Below are positions 11,401 through 27,000 of a DNA stretch of 64,000 bases, in pieces; positions within the stretch are counted from its first letter, which is position 1; each line of letters starts with the position of its first letter. A program made the position numbers and the translations under genes. The stretch comes from Auanema rhodensis (Eukaryota > Animalia > Nematoda). The stretch spans positions 1,364,001 through 1,428,000 of the forward strand of contig OZ059895.1 in assembly GCA_964057225.1 (NCBI GenBank). Direction: 5' to 3'. The notes under the pieces are model-generated. The model was not told the DNA's origin and ran no database searches. It saw only the letters and a list, made by a program, of their open reading frames with translations.

Positions 11401-13337
11401 TTTTTGTATTAAGCGTTTCTCAATTTAGTATAGTGCATTCGATGCGGATTTTTAAGCTGCGTCGATCTGTGTTATCAGATTTGCGCTAGCTGAAAAATGC
11501 ACCGAGATATCAACTGATATAAGTTCACACTTATATCCTCGATTTTCACCCTGAAGAATTAATTTTTTCGTTGAATAACATTGTCCATCGTCTTTGCCTT
11601 GAAAAAAGGAATCTAAAAACATCTACTTTTTGCTAAATTATTTTGAAATTTTTCGAAAAAATTTTTGTCAAAATGTTTTTGGAAGCAATGTTGAGTGTAC
11701 ATGGAAACTCAACATACACTAATGCATCATTTTTCAAACGATCATAACTAATTTTTGTATTAAGCGTTTCTCAATTTTGTATAGTGCATTCGATGCGGAT
11801 TTTTAAGCTGCGTCGATCTGTGTTATCAGATTTGCGCTAGCTGAAAAATGCACCGAGATATCAACTGATATAAGTTCACACTTATATCCTCGATTTTCAC
11901 CCTGAAGAATTAATTTTTTCGTTGAATAACATTGTCCATCGTCTTTGCCTTGAAAAAAGGAATCTAAAAACATCTACTTTTTGCTAAATTATTTTGAAAT
12001 TTTTCGAAAAAATTTTTGTCAAAATGTTTTTGGAAGCAATGTTGAGTGTACATGGAAACTCAACATACACTAATGCATCATTTTTCAAACGATCATAACT
12101 AATTTTTGTATTAAGCGTTTCTCAATGTAGTATAGTGCATTCGATGCGGATTTTTAAGCTGCGTCGTTCTGTGTTATCAGCTTTGCGCTAGCTTAAAAAT
12201 GCACCGAGATATCAACTGATATAAGTTCACACATATATCCTCGATTTTCACCCTGAAGAATTAATTTTTTCGTTGAATAACATTGTCCATCGTCTTTGCC
12301 TTGAAAAAAGGAATCTAAAAACATCTACTTTTTGCTAAATTATTTTGAAATTTTTCGAAAAAATTTTTGTCAAAATGTTTTTGGAAGCAATGTTGAGTGT
12401 ACATGGAAACTCAACATACACTAATGCATCATTTTTCAAACGATCATAATTAATTTTTATATTAAGCGTTTCTCAATTTAGTATAGTGCATTCGATGCGG
12501 ATTTTTAAGCTGCGTCGATCTGTGTTATCAGATTTGCGCTAGCTTAAAAATGCACCGAGATATCAACTGATATAAGTTCACACTTATATCCTCGATTTTC
12601 ACCCTGAAGAATTAATTTTTTCGTTGAATAACATTGTCCATCGTCTTTGCCTTGAAAAAAGAAATCTGAAAACATCTACTTTTTGCTAAATTATTTTGAA
12701 ATTTTTCGAAAAAATTTTTGTCAAAATGTTTTTGGAAGCAATGTTGAGTGTACATGGAAACTCAACATACACTGATGCATCATTTTTCAAACGATCATAA
12801 CTAATTTTTGTATTAAGCGTTTCTCAATTTAGTATAGTGCATTCGATGCGGATTTTTAAGCTGCGTCGATCTGTGTTATCAGATTTGCGCTAGCTGAAAA
12901 ATGCACCGAGATATCAACTGATATAAGTTCACACTTATATCCTCGATTTTCACCCTGAAGAATTAATTTTTTCGTTGAATAACATTGTCCATCGTCTTTG
13001 CCTTGAAAAAAGGAATCTGAAAACATCTACTTTTTGCTAAATTATTTTGAAATTTTTCGAAAAAATTTTTGTCAAAATGTTTTTGGAAGCAATGTTGAGT
13101 GTACATGGAAACTCAACATACACTGATGCATCATTTTTCAAACGATCATAACTAATTTTTGTATTAAGCGTTTCTCAATTTAGTATAGTGCATTCGATGC
13201 GGATTTTTAAGCTGCGTCGATCTGTGTTATCAGATTTGCGCTAGCTGAAAAATGCACCGAGATATCAACTGATATAAGTTCACACTTATATCCTCGATTT
13301 TCACCCTGAAGAATTAATTTTTTCGTTGAATAACATT
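8424..13337 (+). repeat. Higher-order repeat: 7-monomer unit (2457 bp) x2 (M25-31, M32-38)
   Basis: Rare variants recur at a 2457-bp offset: CAGCTTTG (9724/12181), TTTATATT (M29/M36), AAAGAAATCT (M30/M37), GTAATATAG (M25/M32). Confidence 0.9.
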
Positions 13338-15794
13338 GTCCATCGTCTTTGCCTTGAAAAAAGGAATCTAAAAACATCTACTTTTTGCTAAATTATTTTG
13401 AAATTTTTCGAAAAAATTTTTGTCAAAATGTTTTTGGAAGCAATGTTGAGTGTACATGGAAACTCAACATACACTAATGCATCATTTTTCAAACGATCAT
13501 AACTAATTTTTGTATTAAGCGTTTCTCAATGTAGTATAGTGCATTCGATGCGGATTTTTAAGCTGCGTCGTTCTGTGTTATCAGATTTGCGCTAGCTTAA
13601 AAATGCACCGAGATATCAACTGATATAAGTTCACACATATATCCTCGATTTTCACCCTGAAGAATTAATTTTTTCGTTGAATAACATTGTCCATCGTCTT
13701 TGCCTTGAAAAAAGGAATCTAAAAACATCTACTTTTTGCTAAATTATTTTGAAATTTTTCGAAAAAATTTTTGTCAAAATGTTTTTGGAAGCAATGTTGA
13801 GTGTACATGGAAACTCAACATACACTGATGCATCATTTTTCAAACGATCATAACTAATTTTTGTATTAAGCGTTTCTCAATTTAGTATAGTGCATTCGAT
13901 GCGGATTTTTAAGCTGCGTCGATCTGTGTTATCAGATTTGCGCTAGCTGAAAAATGCACCGAGATATCAACTGATATAAGTTCACACTTATATCCTCGAT
14001 TTTCACCCTGAAGAATTAATTTTTTCGTTGAATAACATTGTCCATCGTCTTTGCCTTGAAAAAAGGAATCTAAAAACATCTACTTTTTGCTAAATTATTT
14101 TGAAATTTTTCGAAAAAATTTTTGTCAAAATGTTTTTGGAAGCAATGTTGAGTGTACATGGAAACTCAACATACACTAATGCATCATTTTTCAAACGATC
14201 ATAACTAATTTTTGTATTAAGCGTTTCTCAATGTAGTATAGTGCATTCGATGCGGATTTTTAAGCTGCGTCGTTCTGTGTTATCAGATTTGCGCTAGCTT
14301 AAAAATGCACCGAGATATCAACTGATATAAGTTCACACATATATCCTCGATTTTCACCCTGAAGAATTAATTTTTTCGTTGAATAACATTGTCCATCGTC
14401 TTTGCCTTGAAAAAAGGAATCTAAAAACATCTACTTTTTGCTAAATTATTTTGAAATTTTTCGAAAAAATTTTTGTCAAAATGTTTTTGGAAGCAATGTT
14501 GAGTGTACATGGAAACTCAACATACACTAATGCATCATTTTTCAAACGATCATAATTAATTTTTGTATTAAGCGTTTCTCAATGTAGTATAGTGCATTCG
14601 ATGCGGATTTTTAAGCTGCGTCGATCTGTGTTATCAGATTTGCGCTAGCTTAAAAATGCACCGAGATATCAACTGATATAAGTTCACACTTATATCCTCG
14701 ATTTTCACCCTGAAGAATTAATTTTTTCGTTGAATAACATTGTCCATCGTCTTTGCCTTGAAAAAAGGAATCTGAAAACATCTACTTTTTGCTAAATTAT
14801 TTTGAAATTTTTCGAAAAAATTTTTGTCAAAATGTTTTTGGAAGCAATGTTGAGTGTACATGGAAACTCAACATACACTAATGCATCATTTTTCAAACGA
14901 TCATAATTAATTTTTGTATTAAGCGTTTCTCAATTTAGTATAGTGCATTCGATGCGGATTTTTAAGCTGCGTCGATCTGTGTTATCAGATTTGCGCTAGC
15001 TTAAAAATGCACCGAGATATCAACTGATATAAGTTCACACTTATATCCTCGATTTTCACCCTGAAGAATTAATTTTTTCGTTGAATAACATTGTCCATCG
15101 TCTTTGCCTTGAAAAAAGGAATCTGAAAACATCTACTTTTTGCTAAATTATTTTGAAATTTTTCGAAAAAATTTTTGTCAAAATGTTTTTGGAAGCAATA
15201 TTGAGTGTACATGGAAACTCAACATACACTAATGCATCATTTTTCAAACGATCATAACTAATTTTTGTATTAAGCGTTTCTCAATTTAGTATAGTGCATT
15301 CGATGCGGATTTTTAAGCTGCGTCGATCTGTGTTATCAGATTTGCGCTAGCTGAAAAATGCACCGAGATATCAACTGATATAAGTTCACACTTATATCCT
15401 CGATTTTCACCCTGAAGAATTAATTTTTTCGTTGAATAACATTGTCCATCGTCTTTGCCTTGAAAAAAGGAATCTAAAAACATCTACTTTTTGCTAAATT
15501 ATTTTGAAATTTTTCGAAAAAATTTTTGTCAAAATGTTTTTGGAAGCAATGTTGAGTGTACATGGAAACTCAACATACACTAATGCATCATTTTTCAAAC
15601 GATCATAACTAATTTTTGTATTAAGCGTTTCTCAATTTTGTATAGTGCATTCGATGCGGATTTTTAAGCTGCGTCGATCTGTGTTATCAGATTTGCGCTA
15701 GCTTAAAAATGCACCGAGATATCAACTGATATAAGTTCACACATATATCCTCGATTTTCACCCTGAAGAATTAATTTTTTCGTTGAATAACATT

Positions 15795-18251
15795 GTCCAT
15801 CGTCTTTGCCTTGAAAAAAAGAATCTAAAAACATCTACTTTTTGCTAAATTATTTTGAAATTTTTCGAAAAAATTTTTGTCAAAATGTTTTTGGAAGCAA
15901 TGTTGAGTGTACATGGAAACTCAACATACACTAATGCATCATTTTTCAAACGATCATAATTAATTTTTGTATTAAGCGTTTCTCAATTTAGTATAGTGCA
16001 TTCGATGCGGATTTTTAAGCTGCGTCGATCTGTGTTATCAGATTTGCGCTAGCTTAAAAATGCACCGAGATATCAACTGATATAAGTTCACACATATATC
16101 CTCGATTTTCACCCTGAAGAATTAATTTTTTCGTTGAATAACATTGTCCATCGTCTTTGCCTTGAAAAAAGGAATCTAAAAACATCTACTTTTTGCTAAA
16201 TTATTTCGAAATTTTTCGAAAAAATTTTTGTCAAAATGTTTTTGGAAGCAATGTTGAGTGTACATGGAAACTCAACATACACTAATGCATCATTTTTCAA
16301 ACGATCATAATTAATTTTTGTATTAAGCGTTTCTCAATGTAGTATAGTGCATTCGATGCGGATTTTTAAGCTGCGTCGATCTGTGTTATCAGATTTGCGC
16401 TAGCTTAAAAATGCACCGAGATATCAACTGATATAAGTTCACACTTATATCCTCGATTTTCACCCTGAAGAATTAATTTTTTCGTTGAATAACATTGTCC
16501 ATCGTCTTTGCCTTGAAAAAAGGAATCTGAAAACATCTACTTTTTGCTAAATTATTTTGAAATTTTTCGAAAAAATTTTTGTCAAAATGTTTTTGGAAGC
16601 AATGTTGAGTGTACATGGAAACTCAACATACACTAATGCATCATTTTTCAAACGATCATAATTAATTTTTGTATTAAGCGTTTCTCAATTTAGTATAGTG
16701 CATTCGATGCGGATTTTTAAGCTGCGTCGATCTGTGTTATCAGATTTGCGCTAGCTTAAAAATGCACCGAGATATCAACTGATATAAGTTCACACATATA
16801 TCCTCGATTTTCACCCTGAAGAATTAATTTTTTCGTTGAATAACATTGTCCATCGTCTTTGCCTTGAAAAAAAGAATCTAAAAACATCTACTTTTTGCTA
16901 AATTATTTTGAAATTTTTCGAAAAAATTTTTGTCAAAATGTTTTTGGAAGCAATGTTGAGTGTACATGGAAACTCAACATACACTAATGCATCATTTTTC
17001 AAACGATCATAACTAATTTTTGTATTAAGCGTTTCTCAATTTAGTATAGTGCATTCGATGCGGATTTTTAAGCTGCGTCGATCTGTGTTATCAGATTTGC
17101 GCTAGCTGAAAAATGCACCGAGATATCAACTGATATAAGTTCACACTTATATCCTCGATTTTCACCCTGAAGAATTAATTTTTTCGTTGAATAACATTGT
17201 CCATCGTCTTTGCCTTGAAAAAAAGAATCTAAAAACATCTACTTTTTGCTAAATTATTTTGAAATTTTTCGAAAAAATTTTTGTCAAAATGTTTTTGGAA
17301 GCAATGTTGAGTGTACATGGAAACTCAACATACACTAATGCATCATTTTTCAAACGATCATAATTAATTTTTGTATTAAGCGTTTCTCAATTTAGTATAG
17401 TGCATTCGATGCGGATTTTTAAGCTGCGTCGATCTGTGTTATCAGATTTGCGCTAGCTTAAAAATGCACCGAGATATCAACTGATATAAGTTCACACATA
17501 TATCCTCGATTTTCACCCTGAAGAATTAATTTTTTCGTTGAATAACATTGTCCATCGTCTTTGCCTTGAAAAAAGGAATCTAAAAACATCTACTTTTTGC
17601 TAAATTATTTCGAAATTTTTCGAAAAAATTTTTGTCAAAATGTTTTTGGAAGCAATGTTGAGTGTACATGGAAACTCAACATACACTAATGCATCATTTT
17701 TCAAACGATCATAATTAATTTTTGTATTAAGCGTTTCTCAATGTAGTATAGTGCATTCGATGCGGATTTTTAAGCTGCGTCGATCTGTGTTATCAGATTT
17801 GCGCTAGCTTAAAAATGCACCGAGATATCAACTGATATAAGTTCACACTTATATCCTCGATTTTCACCCTGAAGAATTAATTTTTTCGTTGAATAACATT
17901 GTCCATCGTCTTTGCCTTGAAAAAAGGAATCTGAAAACATCTACTTTTTGCTAAATTATTTTGAAATTTTTCGAAAAAATTTTTGTCAAAATGTTTTTGG
18001 AAGCAATGTTGAGTGTACATGGAAACTCAACATACACTAATGCATCATTTTTCAAACGATCATAATTAATTTTTGTATTAAGCGTTTCTCAATTTAGTAT
18101 AGTGCATTCGATGCGGATTTTTAAGCTGCGTCGATCTGTGTTATCAGATTTGCGCTAGCTTAAAAATGCACCGAGATATCAACTGATATAAGTTCACACA
18201 TATATCCTCGATTTTCACCCTGAAGAATTAATTTTTTCGTTGAATAACATT
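15795..18251 (+). repeat. Local duplication at 4-monomer offset (1404 bp): M46-48 repeated as M50-52
   Basis: The private variant TTATTTCGAA occurs at 16207 and 17611, and flanking monomer haplotypes match. Confidence 0.75.
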
Positions 18252-21059
18252 GTCCATCGTCTTTGCCTTGAAAAAAAGAATCTAAAAACATCTACTTTTT
18301 GCTAAATTATTTTGAAATTTTTCGAAAAAATTTTTGTCAAAATGTTTTTGGAAGCAATGTTGAGTGTACATGGAAACTCAACATACACTAATGCATCATT
18401 TTTCAAACGATCATAATTAATTTTTGTATTAAGCGTTTCTCAATTTAGTATAGTGCATTCGATGCGGATTTTTAAGCTGCGTCGATCTGTGTTATCAGAT
18501 TTGCGCTAGCTTAAAAATGCACCGAGATATCAACTGATATAAGTTCACACATATATCCTCGATTTTCACCCTGAAGAATTAATTTTTTCGTTGAATAACA
18601 TTGTCCATCGTCTTTGCCTTGAAAAAAGGAATCTAAAAACATCTACTTTTTGCTAAATTATTTTGAAATTTTTCGAAAAAATTTTTGTCAAAATGTTTTT
18701 GGAAGCAATGTTGAGTGTACATGGAAACTCAACATACACTAATGCATCATTTTTCAAACGATCATAATTAATTTTTGTATTAAGCGTTTCTCAATGTAGT
18801 ATAGTGCATTCGATGCGGATTTTTAAGCTGCGTCGATCTGTGTTATCAGATTTGCGCTAGCTTAAAAATGCACCGAGATATCAACTGATATAAGTTCACA
18901 CTTATATCCTCGATTTTCACCCTGAAGAATTAATTTTTTCGTTGAATAACATTGTCCATCGTCTTTGCCTTGAAAAAAGGAATCTGAAAACATCTACTTT
19001 TTGCTAAATTATTTTGAAATTTTTCGAAAAAATTTTTGTCAAAATGTTTTTGGAAGCAATGTTGAGTGTACATGGAAACTCAACATACACTGATGCATCA
19101 TTTTTCAAACGATCATAACTAATTTTTGTATTAAGCGTTTCTCAATTTAGTATAGTGCATTCGATGCGGATTTTTAAGCTGCGTCGATCTGTGTTATCAG
19201 ATTTGCGCTAGCTGAAAAATGCACCGAGATATCAACTGATATAAGTTCACACTTATATCCTCGATTTTCACCCTGAAGAATTAATTTTTTCGTTGAATAA
19301 CATTGTCCATCGTCTTTGCCTTGAAAAAAGGAATCTAAAAACATCTACTTTTTGCTAAATTATTTTGAAATTTTTCGAAAAAATTTTTGTCAAAATGTTT
19401 TTGGAAGCAATGTTGAGTGTACATGGAAACTCAACATACACTAATGCATCATTTTTCAAACGATCATAACTAATTTTTGTATTAAGCGTTTCTCAATGTA
19501 GTATAGTGCATTCGATGCGGATTTTTAAGCTGCGTCGTTCTGTGTTATCAGATTTGCGCTAGCTTAAAAATGCACCGAGATATCAACTGATATAAGTTCA
19601 CACATATATCCTCGATTTTCACCCTGAAGAATTAATTTTTTCGTTGAATAACATTGTCCATCGTCTTTGCCTTGAAAAAAGGAATCTGAAAACATCTACT
19701 TTTTGCTAAATTATTTTGAAATTTTTCGAAAAAATTTTTGTCAAAATGTTTTTGGAAGCAATGTTGAGTGTACATGGAAACTCAACATACACTAATGCAT
19801 CATTTTTCAAACGATCATAATTAATTTTTGTATTAAGCGTTTCTCAATTTAGTATAGTGCATTCGATGCGGATTTTTAAGCTGCGTCGATCTGTGTTATC
19901 AGATTTGCGCTAGCTTAAAAATGCACCGAGATATCAACTGATATAAGTTCACACTTATATCCTCGATTTTCACCCTGAAGAATTAATTTTTTCGTTGAAT
20001 AACATTGTCCATCGTCTTTGCCTTGAAAAAAGGAATCTGAAAACATCTACTTTTTGCTAAATTATTTTGAAATTTTTCGAAAAAATTTTTGTCAAAATGT
20101 TTTTGGAAGCAATGTTGAGTGTACATGGAAACTCAACATACACTAATGCATCATTTTTCAAACGATCATAACTAATTTTTGTATTAAGCGTTTCTCAATT
20201 TAGTATAGTGCATTCGATGCGGATTTTTAAGCTGCGTCGATCTGTGTTATCAGATTTGCGCTAGCTGAAAAATGCACCGAGATATCAACTGATATAAGTT
20301 CACACTTATATCCTCGATTTTCACCCTGAAGAATTAATTTTTTCGTTGAATAACATTGTCCATCGTCTTTGCCTTGAAAAAAGGAATCTAAAAACATCTA
20401 CTTTTTGCTAAATTATTTTGAAATTTTTCGAAAAAATTTTTGTCAAAATGTTTTTGGAAGCAATGTTGAGTGTACATGGAAACTCAACATACACTAATGC
20501 ATCATTTTTCAAACGATCATAACTAATTTTTGTATTAAGCGTTTCTCAATTTTGTATAGTGCATTCGATGCGGATTTTTAAGCTGCGTCGATCTGTGTTA
20601 TCAGATTTGCGCTAGCTTAAAAATGCACCGAGATATCAACTGATATAAGTTCACACATATATCCTCGATTTTCACCCTGAAGAATTAATTTTTTCGTTGA
20701 ATAACATTGTCCATCGTCTTTGCCTTGAAAAAAAGAATCTAAAAACATCTACTTTTTGCTAAATTATTTTGAAATTTTTCGAAAAAATTTTTGTCAAAAT
20801 GTTTTTGGAAGCAATGTTGAGTGTACATGGAAACTCAACATACACTAATGCATCATTTTTCAAACGATCATAATTAATTTTTGTATTAAGCGTTTCTCAA
20901 TGTAGTATAGTGCATTCGATGCGGATTTTTAAGCTGCGTCGATCTGTGTTATCAGATTTGCGCTAGCTTAAAAATGCACCGAGATATCAACTGATATAAG
21001 TTCACACTTATATCCTCGATTTTCACCCTGAAGAATTAATTTTTTCGTTGAATAACATT

Positions 21060-24000
21060 GTCCATCGTCTTTGCCTTGAAAAAAGGAATCTGAAAACATC
21101 TACTTTTTGCTAAATTATTTTGAAATTTTTCGAAAAAATTTTTGTCAAAATGTTTTTGGAAGCAATGTTGAGTGTACATGGAAACTCAACATACACTAAT
21201 GCATCATTTTTCAAACGATCATAACTAATTTTTGTATTAAGCGTTTCTCAATTTAGTAAAGTGCATTCGATGCGGATTTTTAAGCTGCGTCGATCTGTGT
21301 TATCAGATTTGCGCTAGCTGAAAAATGCACCGAGATATCAACTGATATAAGTTCACACATATATCCTCGATTTTCACCCTGAAGAATTAATTTTTTCGTT
21401 GAATAACATTGTCCATCGTCTTTGCCTTGAAAAAAAGAATCTAAAAACATCTACTTTTTGCTAAATTATTTTGAAATTTTTCGAAAAAATTTTTGTCAAA
21501 ATGTTTTTGGAAGCAATGTTGAGTGTACATGGAAACTCAACATACACTAATGCATCATTTTTCAAACGATCATAATTAATTTTTGTATTAAGCGTTTCTC
21601 AATGTAGTATAGTGCATTCGATGCGGATTTTTAAGCTGCGTCGATCTGTGTTATCAGATTTGCGCTAGCTTAAAAATGCACCGAGATATCAACTGATATA
21701 AGTTCACACTTATATCCTCGATTTTCACCCTGAAGAATTAATTTTTTCGTTGAATAACATTGTCCATCGTCTTTGCCTTGAAAAAAGGAATCTGAAAACA
21801 TCTACTTTTTGCTAAATTATTTTGAAATTTTTCGAAAAAATTTTTGTCAAAATGTTTTTGGAAGCAATGTTGAGTGTACATGGAAACTCAACATACACTA
21901 ATGCATCATTTTTCAAACGATCATAACTAATTTTTGTATTAAGCGTTTCTCAATTTAGTATAGTGCATTCGATGCGGATTTTTAAGCTGCGTCGATCTGT
22001 GTTATCAGATTTGCGCTAGCTGAAAAATGCACCGAGATATCAACTGATATAAGTTCACACTTATATCCTCGATTTTCACCCTGAAGAATTAATTTTTTCG
22101 TTGAATAACATTGTCCATCGTCTTTGCCTTGAAAAAAGGAATCTAAAAACATCTACTTTTTGCTAAATTATTTTGAAATTTTTCGAAAAAATTTTTGTCA
22201 AAATGTTTTTGGAAGCAATGTTGAGTGTACATGGAAACTCAACATACACTAATGCATCATTTTTCAAACGATCATAACTAATTTTTGTATCAAGCGTTTC
22301 TCAATGTAGTATAGTGCATTCGATGCGGATTTTTAAGCTGCGTCGTTCTGTGTTATCAGATTTGCGCTAGCTTAAAAATGCACCGAGATATCAACTGATA
22401 TAAGTTCACACATATATCCTCGATTTTCACCCTGAAGAATTAATTTTTTCGTTGAATAACATTGTCCATCGTCTTTGCCTTGAAAAAAAGATTCTAAAAA
22501 CATCTACTTTTTGCTAAATTATTTTGAAATTTTTCGAAAAAATTTTTGTCAAAATGTTTTTGGAAGCAATGTTGAGTGTACATGGAAACTCAACATACAC
22601 TAATGCATCATTTTTCAAACGATCATAATTAATTTTTGTATTAAGCGTTTCTCAATGTAGTATAGTGCATTCGATGCGGATTTTTAAGCTGCGTCGATCT
22701 GTGTTATCAGATTTGCGCTAGCTTGAAAATGCACCGAGATATCAACTGATATAAGTTCACACTTATATCCTCGATTTTCACCCTGAAGAATTAATTTTTT
22801 CGTTGAATAACATTGTCCATCGTCTTTGCCTTGAAAAAAAGAATCTAAAAACATCTACTTTTTGCTAAATTATTTTGAAATTTTTCGAAAAAATTTTTGT
22901 CAAAATGTTTTTGGAAGCAATGTTGAGTGTACATGGAAACTCAACATACACTAATGCATCATTTTTCAAACGATCATAACTAATTTTTGTATTAAGCGTT
23001 TCTCAATGTAGTATAGTGCATTCGATGCGGATTTTTAAGCTGCGTCTTTCTGTGTTATCAGATTTGCGCTAGCTTAAAAATGCACCGAGATATCAACTGA
23101 TATAAGTTCACACTTATATCCTCGATTTTCACCCTGAAGAATTAATTTTTTCGTTGAATAACATTGTCCATCGTCTTTGCCTTGAAAAAAAGAATCTAAA
23201 AACATCTACTTTCTGCTAAATTATCTTGAAATTTTTCGAAAAAATTTTTGTCAAAATGTTTTTGGAAGCAATGTTGAGTGTACATGGAAACTCAACATAC
23301 ACTAATGCATCATTTTTCAAACGATCATAATTAATTTTTGTATTAAGCGTTTCTCAATGTAGTATAGTGCATTCGATGCGGATTTTTAAGCTGCGTCGAT
23401 CTGTGTTATCAGATTTGCGCTAGCTTGAAAATGCACCGAGATATCAACTGATATAAGTTCACACTTATATCCTCGATTTTCACCCTGAAGAATTAATTTT
23501 TTCGTTGAATAACATTGTCCATCGTCTTTGCCTTAAAAAAAGGAATCTGAAAACATCTACTTTTTGCTAAATTATTTTGAAATTTTTCGAAAAAATTTTT
23601 GTCAAAATGTTTTTGGAAGCAATGTTGAGTGTACATGGAAACTCAACATACACTAATGCATCATTTTTCAAACGATCATAACTAATTTTTGTATTAAGCG
23701 TTTCTCAATTTTGTATAGTGCATTCGATGCGGATTTTTAAGCTGCGTCGATCTGTGTTATCAGATTTGCGCTAGCTGAAAAATGCACCGAGATATCAACT
23801 GATATAAGTTCACACTTATATCCTCGATTTTCACCCTGAAGAATTAATTTTTTCGTTGAATAACATTGTCCATCGTCTTTGCCTTGAAAAAAGGAATCTA
23901 AAAACATCTACTTTTTGCTAAATTATTTTGAAATTTTTCGAAAAAATTTTTGTCAAAATGTTTTTGGAAGCAATGTTGAGTGTACATGGAAACTCAACAT

Positions 24001-27000
24001 ACACTAATGCATCATTTTTCAAACGATCATAATTAATTTTTGTATTAAGCGTTTCTCAATGTAGTATAGTGCATTCGATGCGGATTTTTAAGCTGCGTCG
24101 ATCTGTGTTATCAGATTTGCGCTAGCTTAAAAATGCACCGAGATATCAACTGATATAAGTTCACACTTATATCCTCGATTTTCACCCTGAAGAATTAATT
24201 TTTTCGTTGAATAACATTGTCCATCGTCTTTGCCTTGAAAAAAAGAATCTAAAAACATCTACTTTTTGCTAAATTATTTTGAAATTTTTTGAAAAAATTT
24301 TTGTCAAAATGTTTTTGGAAGCAATGTTGAGTGTACATGGAAACTCAACATACACTAATGCATCATTTTTCAAACAATCATAATTAATTTTTGTATTAAG
24401 CGTTTCTCAATGTAGTATAGTGCATTCGATGCGGATTTTTAAGCTGCGTCGATCTGTGTTATCAGATTTGCGCTAGCTTGAAAATGCACCGAGATATCAA
24501 CTGATATAAGTTCACACTTATATCCTCGATTTTCACCCTGAAGAATTAATTTTTTCGTTGAATAACATTGTCCATCGTCTTTGCCTTAAAAAAAGGAATC
24601 TGAAAACATCTACTTTTTGCTAAATTATTTTGAAATTTTTTGAAAAAATTTTTGTCAAAATGTTTTTGGAAGCAATGTTGAGTGTACATGGAAACTCAAC
24701 ATACACTAATGCATCATTTTTCAAACGATCATAATTAATTTTTGTATTAAGCGTTTCTCAATTTTGTATAGTGCATTCGATGCGGATTTTTAAGCTGCGT
24801 CGATCTGTGTTATCAGATTTGCGCTAGCTTGAAAATGCACCGAGATATCAACTGATATAAGTTCACACTTATATCCTCGATTTTCACCCTGAAGAATTAA
24901 TTTTTTCGTTGAATAACATTGTCCATCGTCTTTGCCTTGAAAAAAGGAATCTGAAAACATCTACTTTTTGCTAAATTATTTTGAAATTTTTCGAAAAAAT
25001 TTTTGTCAAAATGTTTTTGGAAGCAATGTTGAGTGTACATGGAAACTCAACATACACTAATGCATCATTTTTCAAACGATCATAACTAATTTTTGTATTA
25101 AGCGTTTCTCAATTTAGTAAAGTGCATTCGATGCGGATTTTTAAGCTGCGTCGATCTGTGTTATCAGATTTGCGCTAGCTGAAAAATGCACCGAGATATC
25201 AACTGATATAAGTTCACACATATATCCTCGATTTTCACCCTGAAGAATTAATTTTTTCGTTGAATAACATTGTCCATCGTCTTTGCCTTGAAAAAAAGAA
25301 TCTAAAAACATCTACTTTTTGCTAAATTATTTTGAAATTTTTCGAAAAAATTTTTGTCAAAATGTTTTTGGAAGCAATGTTGAGTGTACATGGAAACTCA
25401 ACATACACTAATGCATCATTTTTCAAACGATCATAATTAATTTTTGTATTAAGCGTTTCTCAATGTAGTATAGTGCATTCGATGCGGATTTTTAAGCTGC
25501 GTCGATCTGTGTTATCAGATTTGCGCTAGCTTAAAAATGCACCGAGATATCAACTGATATAAGTTCACACTTATATCCTCGATTTTCACCCTGAAGAATT
25601 AATTTTTTCGTTGAATAACATTGTCCATCGTCTTTGCCTTGAAAAAAGGAATCTGAAAACATCTACTTTTTGCTAAATTATTTTGAAATTTTTCGAAAAA
25701 ATTTTTGTCAAAATGTTTTTGGAAGCAATGTTGAGTGTACATGGAAACTCAACATACACTAATGCATCATTTTTCAAACGATCATAACTAATTTTTGTAT
25801 TAAGCGTTTCTCAATTTAGTATAGTGCATTCGATGCGGATTTTTAAGCTGCGTCGATCTGTGTTATCAGATTTGCGCTAGCTGAAAAATGCACCGAGATA
25901 TCAACTGATATAAGTTCACACTTATATCCTCGATTTTCACCCTGAAGAATTAATTTTTTCGTTGAATAACATTGTCCATCGTCTTTGCCTTGAAAAAAGG
26001 AATCTAAAAACATCTACTTTTTGCTAAATTATTTTGAAATTTTTCGAAAAAATTTTTGTCAAAATGTTTTTGGAAGCAATGTTGAGTGTACATGGAAACT
26101 CAACATACACTAATGCATCATTTTTCAAACGATCATAACTAATTTTTGTATCAAGCGTTTCTCAATGTAGTATAGTGCATTCGATGCGGATTTTTAAGCT
26201 GCGTCGTTCTGTGTTATCAGATTTGCGCTAGCTTAAAAATGCACCGAGATATCAACTGATATAAGTTCACACATATATCCTCGATTTTCACCCTGAAGAA
26301 TTAATTTTTTCGTTGAATAACATTGTCCATCGTCTTTGCCTTGAAAAAAAGATTCTAAAAACATCTACTTTTTGCTAAATTATTTTGAAATTTTTCGAAA
26401 AAATTTTTGTCAAAATGTTTTTGGAAGCAATGTTGAGTGTACATGGAAACTCAACATACACTAATGCATCATTTTTCAAACGATCATAATTAATTTTTGT
26501 ATTAAGCGTTTCTCAATGTAGTATAGTGCATTCGATGCGGATTTTTAAGCTGCGTCGATCTGTGTTATCAGATTTGCGCTAGCTTGAAAATGCACCGAGA
26601 TATCAACTGATATAAGTTCACACTTATATCCTCGATTTTCACCCTGAAGAATTAATTTTTTCGTTGAATAACATTGTCCATCGTCTTTGCCTTGAAAAAA
26701 AGAATCTAAAAACATCTACTTTTTGCTAAATTATTTTGAAATTTTTCGAAAAAATTTTTGTCAAAATGTTTTTGGAAGCAATGTTGAGTGTACATGGAAA
26801 CTCAACATACACTAATGCATCATTTTTCAAACGATCATAACTAATTTTTGTATTAAGCGTTTCTCAATGTAGTATAGTGCATTCGATGCGGATTTTTAAG
26901 CTGCGTCTTTCTGTGTTATCAGATTTGCGCTAGCTTAAAAATGCACCGAGATATCAACTGATATAAGTTCACACTTATATCCTCGATTTTCACCCTGAAG

